Of a DNA stretch of 64,000 nt, positions 55,770-64,000 are shown piece by piece. The translations under genes were made by a program, and so were the position numbers. Numbering within the stretch: position 1 is the stretch's first letter; each line of letters opens with the position of its first letter. The notes under the pieces are model-generated. The model did not search any database, had not been told where the DNA came from, and saw only the letters and a program-made list of their open reading frames with translations. This DNA comes from Bigelowiella natans CCMP2755 (Eukaryota; Protista; Cercozoa), in NCBI GenBank assembly GCA_000320545.1, contig ADNK01002807.1:40453-104452 (forward strand). The letters run 5' to 3'.

Positions 55770-57480
55770 TTCAGACACATGTTCACAAGAAACGCACCCC
55801 TAGCATGACAAATCAACCGCCAATCACCAAAATGCTAATGCACTCATTCGTCGAACACATCAGGAATCCGGGCAAAGCGGTCGCCGCTATATTGTCCCAG
55901 ACTGAAGCTGATGCTGATGCACTCAAGGAGCCTGCGCTACACACACGCTAGCGTGTGCATGTCTCTGGAATTTGCATGAACATGCGGCAGCTAGCTTCCA
56001 ATCTTGCTTGCATGTGCTCAGTAACAAGAGTGCAAAGAAGCTGAAATTGATGTGACTCTGTTACGTTGCGTCTGGCATCATAATGTGATTGATGATGGAC
56101 TCGACACATTGCACTCGAATCTGAACCGCCATGCAGTACGCACACCTCAGCGCAGACGTCCATGTTCATCCATGCACATCATTTCTTCGCCATGCGCGTT
56201 GTTGTTAATTTGCTAGCTTGCGCCTTGTGCCAGTCCTAGAGTCGTCGCGTCTGCAGCAGTTTGCAGATGGGCAATGATGTGTGGACGTGCGCGTGTGCAT
56301 GCAATGGCTTCGTTTTGAGCGACGACCAATGATGTCAGCGCGCATTCAATTGGCCTGTTCACTCACAACTCCGTCAAATCCGGCAACAACGACGGGGTTT
56401 TGAGTTTTGAACGCTGTGCTGCAGCGCTGGAGTGCTTCGCAACGCGCTGTGAAGCAGCAGGTGGTTGAATTGAAGTTGGTCAAGGAAAAGTCATCAGAAC
56501 TTGTCCGATGGCCAAACCTCAAAAAGTGACTGCGAACCGCTGGGCCAAACGTTCACTTTTCGTGGCCCGCTCTTGAAACGTGGTGATTTCAACACTTCAC
56601 TTTGAAACTACATTCCGTGTGGTGTGATGGGCATTGGACTTGCTCGCGTTTCTTCGGGACTGTTCGTGCACGTGTGGGTTGTGCCAGCACGCACGTCAAA
56701 GCACTCAAAGTGTGACAGAGGCCAAGCGTCAAGCTGTGCAGGCTGCAACCTGAACACAACCGGTGTGAACTTTTCAACTTTGCTGCTCGCATTTCGCACA
56801 ATTCGTTGCAGATTTGACGGAGTTGTGCTGGCCACCCTGGCACGTGCAGCCACCTGACCGACCGTGCCGCGTGCCACGTGCTCAGTGCTTGCCTGTCCAG
56901 TTGTGCGCAGGACTTTGGACGCTAGGACGGTGCATCGTGCACACCTGGACACGCTTCTTCTGCCACGCCTGGACGCAGCACTCCAGCTTTGCTGAGTTGT
57001 CTGTGTCACCGACACGCACGCTGGATGTGCAGCAAAAACGTGCAAGCAAAAAACAGTGGTCACGACTTCCCTGTGCTTTTTGTGTCTCACCCGACCGATT
57101 CATTGCCATGAAAATTGGTGAAACCACAAATTGACAAGTGACGGACGTGCAATGCAACACGTGCACAGACGCAACCGCTCGTGCAAACGGTGTGCAGCAA
57201 GACATGGACACCAAGCAGGACTTTGGTTTTGCCAGAGCCGGAAGCGTGAGTGTGGGGAAAGCAGGCAGCAGAGCAAGGACCCAGGGCCACTCTCACGTCA
57301 ATTGTCTCACGTGAGAGAAAAGCCTGTTCCTCACAGGACTCAAATGAGAACAATGGTGGATGAGGTGGTTGACACTTTGAACCACCTCAGCATTGCAAAG
57401 AGGACAAATCGAGGAACAATGAGGTGAGTCATGAATTCTGGCCCGATGTTCTTCGGTTTCGAAAGTCCCGGCCCGAAGCT
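55770..57480. other. Strongly TpA-depleted intergenic island
   Basis: By eye, 3 TA dinucleotides (2 CTAG, 1 CTAC) in 56221-57480. Confidence 0.9.
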
Positions 57481-57809
57481 GAAGTTTTAGCAACACTCCT
57501 GGTTGTCGCACCATTCATCAAGGTGCGAATGCAGAGCTGTGTCAGGATCGTCTCTCATCAAAATCCAAAAAAAACAGTGAAACTCTTGTTTTTTCCTTTT
57601 TCCTTCCGTGAACTCATCCGGGTGTCACCCGTGTCGACGATCAAATCCGCGGGAACCAATTACGGCATTTTGTAAGAAATCTTCTGAACTTTTGACAACA
57701 TCCAAAACCTCTCAAAACAATGTGCGTCATGCATAATGAATGAAATTTACGTTAAACTGAGTCGATTTTCGGCATTCTTGAGTTTGCAGAGCGTGACATC
57801 TAGAGATAG

Positions 57810-60800
57810 GAACCTAACCATTCGAGCGACTTTCGATCACAACGTAGGATCTCTTTCTTATCGTGGTTCCCTAGCTTCCACAGATCTATCTTGTTATCTT
57901 AAATCATGGAAAGTTTAATATTGAAGTAAGAGATGGAAGGAACTCTTTCCAAAGGTAATCAAATTGTATTAAGAGTTTCATCATAACAACACGAAACAAT
58001 CGTTCGTAACAACACGATGTAATGTTCCAGGAAGCTGGGAATGCGCCGCCTGCATCTACAAGAACACCTTTGAAAATAATATGTGCGTGATATGTGCTAT
58101 GCCAAGACCAGAGGAAGGTGATATTAGCATATTTGCCTGAGGATATTAAGCTGTTCGCTTTATCATAGTGTACATTTTCCCGAACAGATTCCTGGTCATC
58201 AAACGAGGGACAGACAGGAGGAAATGATGCAGATAGCAATGATTGTGACATAAAGTTACATCGAACTATCCAACCTAACTTTAGTGGGAAGAAGTTGAAA
58301 GCCCCCGAAATTGTACAGAATGATAAAGAATACTCCGTAGAAGATCCCAGAGAAAGCAATGAAATTTCCTTGCTAAAATTGTCCGGGGCTAATCCTTATA
58401 GACTGTGCGAAAAAAAAAACAAAAACCTGCAAAATGGATATGCGGCATATCAGTCCTGCCAAAGAGAAAGTCACGCATCTCAGAGCAACACTGTAAAAGA
58501 AGGAAGGAAGCGAGAAAGGAACAAAAAAAGACACAAAAAAATAGCGAAGCATGAGAAACAACCACTGCATCCAAAGGTTTTCATAAATAATCCTTCTGTT
58601 TCGTCTCGAATAACTGTGTCACGTTTCAACCATAATTCTCTTATATCTTATTTTTTCAGCGTGAAACATCCGAAGTGTCTTCAAACAAAAAGAACCTCCT
58701 TCGGCGTGAAAACTTACCAATTCGAAGACAATGCTGCAGTTCTCAGTCCTTTTGCACCGCTTCAGGAGAGGAAATTTCGGTGTCTGAAAATAGCTTAATC
58801 TTTGCGCGAAATACTTTATATGGGGGCTTCAGAGAACGGTTTAAACCAACATGGAGATTGAAAAATAGTAAGCATTTACGCGAACGGATTGGAATCGAGG
58901 GAAGGCATCCCCCGAAACCAGATTCATTCATTGATGTTAGCCATCATAAAAAGCCATGCCAAAGTAAAAATGAACTAGCTTTGTTCAAAGAGCACAAGTC
59001 TCGCAAAGAATTGCCTCTGAAATTCGATAAGGATAAAGTAGCATCCCTTTTGCAGAAAGAGTGTGTTACTGGGAAAAGGAAAGAAATGGCAATCCCAAAA
59101 AAGATCATGCGCGCCACGAAAGTGGGAAAATTTGATTCAAATAAATCCAATGCAGGTTTCAAGATGCAATGGAGTAGTGATACATGCTTATTTTCAAGTG
59201 CAAGAGGCAAGCCTATGCATATAAAGCCTTCCAGTCTGGATAAAGCCAGGAATCTACTCTTTGGTGAGAAGGATACTGCCGTTCCAGTGAAGCAAAGAGC
59301 TACGAATGCTAGTTTGTTCTCAAGCGCTGGAGGCAAGCCTATGCATATAAAGCCTTCCAGTCTGGATAAAGCCAGGAATCTACTCTTTGGTGAGAAGGAT
59401 ACTGCCGTTCCAGTGAAGCAAAGAGCTACGAATGCTAGTTTGTTCTCAAGCGCTGGAGGCAAGCCTATGCATATAAAGCCTTCCAGTCTGGATAAAGCCA
59501 GGAATCTACTCTTTGGTGAGAAGGATACTGCCGTTCCAGTGAAGCAAAGAGCTACGAATGCTAGTTTGTTCTCAAGCGCTGGAGGCAAGCCTATGCATAT
59601 AAAGCCTTCCAGTCTGGATAAAGCCAGGAATCTACTCTTTGGTGAGAAGGATACTGCCGTTCCAGTGAAGCAAAGAGCTACGAATGCTAGTTTGTTCTCA
59701 AGCGCTGGAGGCAAGCCTATGCATATAAAGCCTTCCAGTCTGGATAAAGCCAGGAATCTACTCTTTGACGAGAAGGATACCGCCGTTATATCGGGGGTCG
59801 AGACCTCTAGTCTGAAGGACTCCAGCAGAAGAGACTCTAGTCATTTAGGGAAAATTCCAGGGGTGGGTGGGGACTGGGAAAATAAGAAACAGCTCTCTGG
59901 ATCAAAATCTAGCCTACAAAAGCGATTTTTCTCACGAAACTCCGAATCCTCCAGTTCTAAGTCGCTGATTGTCCTCAGAGGGCACATAAATAGACCAACA
60001 ACTTTTCGTCCTGGAAAATCAAGGAAAGCAACATTTAAAGCACCTCGTCGTTTGGAAATTAGCAAGGCAAATGCTCAGACAGGAGATCCAAATTTCAGAC
60101 AGATAAACGGAAACCCTAAGACTGAAAGTATAGATTACAGGCATAGGGGAATCGGCCTAAAGAAAAAAAGACTGCGAGACATATTTGGAGATTGTCTTCA
60201 AAAGATTTCAGCTGAGGCCTTGCCCGGAGTTGAAGCCAAGGCCCTATCGGTCACAAGCCTAAATGCACTTTCTCACTCTTTCGTAGAAGGTAACGCAGTA
60301 TTAGGACTCCAAGATGCGATAAAGCACTTTTCAGATATGAATCCGGCTTGTTCTACAAAATGGGTTGAAAACCATTATAGATGGATTGTCTGGAAACTAG
60401 CAAGCTACGACAGGAGGATCCCGACAACAAAGGGAAACACTTTTTTCAATTTTGCCAATGTCCTTGGTCAGCTTAGAAAAAGATATCAAAGAGAAGTCCT
60501 TGAAGCAGAACGACCTGCAATTAAAAAGATCTTGGAAGGTGATGCATCAGCTGCGGGACACATGGTTTTATGCGTAGCTTCAATACCAGAATCTGGAAAT
60601 GATATAGAATTGACTGATGGCTGGTACTCTCTTAAAGCTCAACTTGACAATGAACTTAAGATTCTATTACGGAAAGGAAAAATTTTCGTTGGACTCAAAC
60701 TTCATATCTGTGGTGGACAACTGTCAGGGGGCTCAGGACCAACGTCTCCGCTCGAAAACATGGCGGCACGACTAAGAATGTAACATTTCATACATAGGAA

Positions 60801-62707
60801 TTCTTACGGAAACTAAACTTATTTTTTATCAGATTTGTTAATGGCACGAGGAGAGCTCGTTGGAATACAAGGCTGGGCTTTCAAAAGGAAACGGCATTTA
60901 TCGTTCGACTACCGCATTTGAAGACAAATGGAGGACTTGTACCTATGGTTAGGGTCAAGGTGATAAAGGTATATCCTGTTATTGTTTATGAAAAGCTTAG
61001 TGACGGGAAGCGATATAGACGGAATCAAAGAGCAGAATGTAAAGCATATGCAAGATATCAAAAACGGTGCCAGGAGAAAATTCAGGAATTTATCGCTGAA
61101 AAACAGAAAGGCGATCAAAGAAATGGGCAACAGCTACAGTCGAGTGTGCAGGCATTCGTACAAGGGGAAGAGTCCCTTCGAAGAAAAACCTCGTGTTATT
61201 TCACTGTTCTCTTGGAGGAAGTTGAGCCGAAATATCAGGGTTGCACATGTATTCTCACTGTGTGGTTAAAAGGAGCGGATATGCGAGATTCATTTACCCC
61301 TGGAGCACAGTTGGAGCTTTATGGATGTACTGCCAGATTTATTGGCAAACGAGGTCTCGAGTTATCAACCGGGAGGCATTTTTTCCTTCGAGAGATAGGA
61401 AAAGGAGTGCAACCTTGTAATACCGTGTGCTCATCCATATCGGAGCTTCATAGGTTTCCAAATGGGAAAGAATTTGATATCATAGGTATTGTAGTTGGTG
61501 TTGGTGATTCTGTTCCGAATGAATCAAGGTCTACCAGCTCGAAAAGGAATATTTTAGTTGCCGATGCTTCTGCAAATTTGCTGGTTATATCGGTTGTAGC
61601 AGATGATGAAAAGTGTTTCTTTACTCGCCCACCACACGCTGGCCAACAACTTTTCATCGCAAATCTCACATTCCTGGATTTCGATCACAACTTCAAGGTC
61701 TTCAATGCGACCACAAGTGTCGAATCTGAATTTTCGTCCAAGCTCCCTCAACATTCTCACTCTTCTAGAAACATCTGGGATTTCTTACAATGGTTTGCAA
61801 GAACAGACTCCGGGAAGAGTAACATCCAATCGAAAATGTCCAGAGGGCTGCAAATGCTACGTGGTGAATGCCATGCAAGGCGTAAATCTCCGATATCAAG
61901 TCTTCCGAATGCTGTCGTTGCTGAAGGAATATTTGCTATGGAGAAATTCAAACTGGAAACTCATTTAATGTTCAATAGAAGGAAAATTGAAACACAGTTG
62001 AAACCAAAGATGAATGTTAATGGAGTCCTCGCCCGTGCTAAATTTAAGCTCATATTGTACCTTGACAGTTGCACTCACCTCTGGCCCTTGCAGTTCTCTG
62101 CATCGACATTTCGAAGATTACTGACATCTTTGGTAAATTTCTATGAAAATAATGCTAAATGCTGTCTTGTACATGACAGTATGTTTATTCTCATATAGGA
62201 TACAAAAAAGCTGAAAGAATGTATCGATTCTCTTATTTTCACTGGGAAGATCGGACAAAACAGCAGCACGATGCGATGTCAGAGAAGATGTGTCCTTGAA
62301 AGATTTGAACTTGATCCGAAAATACTTTCACTCGCGGATATTCTGTAAGTAAATGTTTTTTTTTGCATTTTATTCATCTGACATTTCCATTCAATAGGAT
62401 GTTTATGGCGTGCTCATCCATTATTCTGACCAAAGAACAAGAAAAAATTATCGAGACGCATTTAACTCATGGGAAGTCGGCTCAAAATATGAATGAAATC
62501 TTGAAGGTGAATCCCAGGTTCTTCATATTTTCAAGGGATGAGTGGGAAAATCTTTCAAATGTGCTAAGAGAGACGCTGAGTTCGACTTACATCAGGGTAC
62601 AGACAATTCAACTCACGACAAAGTTTGTTCCTAAAACGATTTCATTTTCAGATAAAATGTCGCGTCCAGAACTCTGGCTCAAATTTTTGGCACCCAGTAG
62701 AAACTGA
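57810..62707 (+). CDS. BRCA2: BRCA2 homologue (5' end uncertain)
   Basis: BRC repeats LFSSAGGKPMHIKPSSLDKARNLLF. Helical/OB1 motifs KWVENHYRWIVWKLASYDRR, IELTDGWYSLKA and FVNGTRRARWNTRLGF, followed by further OB folds. Introns at ~58576-58659, 60780-60832, ~62133-62198 and ~62345-62397. Confidence 0.93.
59188..59787 (+). repeat. Coding tandem array of 5 BRC repeats, 126 bp (42 aa) unit
   Basis: aggcaagcctatgcat recurs at 59205, 59331, 59457, 59583 and 59709; the internal copies appear identical. Confidence 0.95.
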
Positions 62708-62821
62708 GCTTGTTTCTTCTGAACAACGCAGTGCCGAACTTTTGCAGGAACTTCTCGCAGTTGATAGATTCCGAAGAAAGGATGACGGGTTTGGAAATAG
62801 GGATGATGAATTGGTGTAATG

Positions 62822-63560
62822 TCACTTTCGTGAGTTGTCCTCATTCGAAAGGAAGATGAATCTGAAACCTTGCTAGCTTCCTTCCATGCATGCGCGAATC
62901 CAGCTGTGAGGTTCTCACACGAATCTTGCTTCACGTGAGCTAGTTTGGTCAAGATGTGGTCGCCTGAAATCGTGCAGACAGCAAAATTGACGAGGCGCGC
63001 TGCACGTTTCTCTGGTTCTGTTCACCATGCTAGCATGCACACGAACACGTCACGTGTCGCGCGTCTTGTTCCATTTTTTCAAACGTCAACATCCGCATCG
63101 CTTTCAAAGCACTTCAACTGCTTGTTCAGCTGTCCAACACACCTGCTAGCCTGCTAGCCTGGTTGAAACTCACTCACAACTTCGGTTCACAACCTCTAGA
63201 CCTGGCCATGCAAACCGCGCGCATGGCCACACATGCACAGCTCTGCTAGAGCTTGATCAACCCCGGTGACATTGAGCTAGCGCGCGATTGCGTAGCCGCG
63301 CTGGCCTGGTGCAGCTAGCAAGCTGTCTGCGCTTTTGCAGCTCGCTCAAAGCTGCCTGGGTCAAGACTTGCGGCCACGTGTGTCTTTTTGAGGTTCCGCT
63401 CTGTGGTGCCAGGCCAGAAAACTCCAGCAATGTTGGTGAAGTGAAACTCTGCACGCTAGCAAGGCACAGCTGTGCGACTTGAAGCACACATTGAACGTGT
63501 GATTTGCACGCAAAACCTTGCAAGACCATGCTTTGGGCATGAGTCAGGGCACGGACCAGG
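62822..63560. other. Subtelomeric TpA-depleted island
   Basis: By eye 11 TA, of which 10 are CTAG and 1 is GTAG. Confidence 0.88.
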
Positions 63561-63818
63561 GTCAACATTAGGGTTTGGGTCAAAGTTTCAGGGTCAGGGT
63601 CAGGGATTCAGTGCATGTTGATTTCAGGGTTTCAGAGTGCGTTGGGGTCGGAGTTTTGGATTCAGGGTGGGTTTTCGGGTCAGGGTTTTTGATCAGAGTT
63701 GGGGTCAGGGTCAGGGTCAGGGTCAGGGTCAGGGTTAGGGGTCAGGGGTCAGGGTCAGGGTTAGGGTCAGGGTCAGGGTCAGGGGTCAGGGATTAGGATT
63801 AGGGTCAGGGGTCAGGGG
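63543..63818 (+). repeat. Degenerate telomere-variant repeats (mainly TCAGGG, some TTGGGG)
   Basis: gggtcagggtcaggg... grades into perfect TTAGGG. Confidence 0.9.
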
Positions 63819-64000
63819 TTAGGGTTAGGGTTAGGGTTAGGGTTAGGGTTAGGGTTAGGGTTAGGGTTAGGGTTAGGGTTAGGGTTAGGGTTAGGGTTAG
63901 GGTTAGGGTTAGGGTTAGGGTTAGGGTTAGGGTTAGGGTTAGGGTTAGGGTTAGGGTTAGGGTTAGGGTTAGGGTTAGGGTTAGGGTTAGGGTAGGGTTA
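63819..64000 (+). repeat. Telomere (TTAGGG)n
   Basis: About 30 near-perfect TTAGGG units run to the end of the window, with the G-rich strand pointing outward. Confidence 0.98.

Noticed and set aside
56589-57514. Many overlapping ORFs in several frames
   Set aside because: Loss of TpA removes TAA/TAG stops and inflates ORFs; there is no recognisable protein.
58944-59714. 256-aa repetitive minus-strand ORF
   Set aside because: Antisense shadow of the BRC repeat array.
10655-63560. Explaining the islands by CpG methylation decay or classical RIP
   Set aside because: CpG is abundant in the islands and TpA is lost rather than gained.

Overview
Intron-rich, microsatellite-laden eukaryotic nuclear DNA that ends in a (TTAGGG)n telomere, so this is a chromosome end. 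A chlorophyll-b-cycle gene (HCAR), leaders resembling bipartite plastid-targeting sequences and a SAR-type NEDD8 suggest a chlorarachniophyte alga (inference). By splicing exons manually I find about 15 genes: HCAR (5' end outside the window), a doubtful acidic minus-strand gene, JMJD6-like, a PH-PH-...-J-domain protein, TMEM147, an FkbM methyltransferase, a DHHC palmitoyltransferase, a 7TM protein, an acidic protein with two YTxxxFxxFYG repeats, a patatin phospholipase, NEDD8-like lacking the di-Gly, a MARVEL/CASP-like 4TM protein, a tandem-SpoVS protein with an ALYREF-like N-terminus, a small probably acylated acidic protein, and BRCA2 (5 near-identical BRC repeats plus an upstream RanBP2-type zinc finger) as the last gene before the telomere. 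Most ORFs in the supplied track are microsatellite artefacts. The most striking unexplained signal is a set of 0.4-1.7 kb intergenic islands in which TpA is almost absent except inside CTAG, with TTAGGG->TCAGGG decay at the telomere. This suggests a context-specific T:A->C:G hypermutation process acting on non-genic DNA, opposite in direction to fungal RIP. Exon boundaries and dinucleotide counts were made by eye and need computational confirmation.
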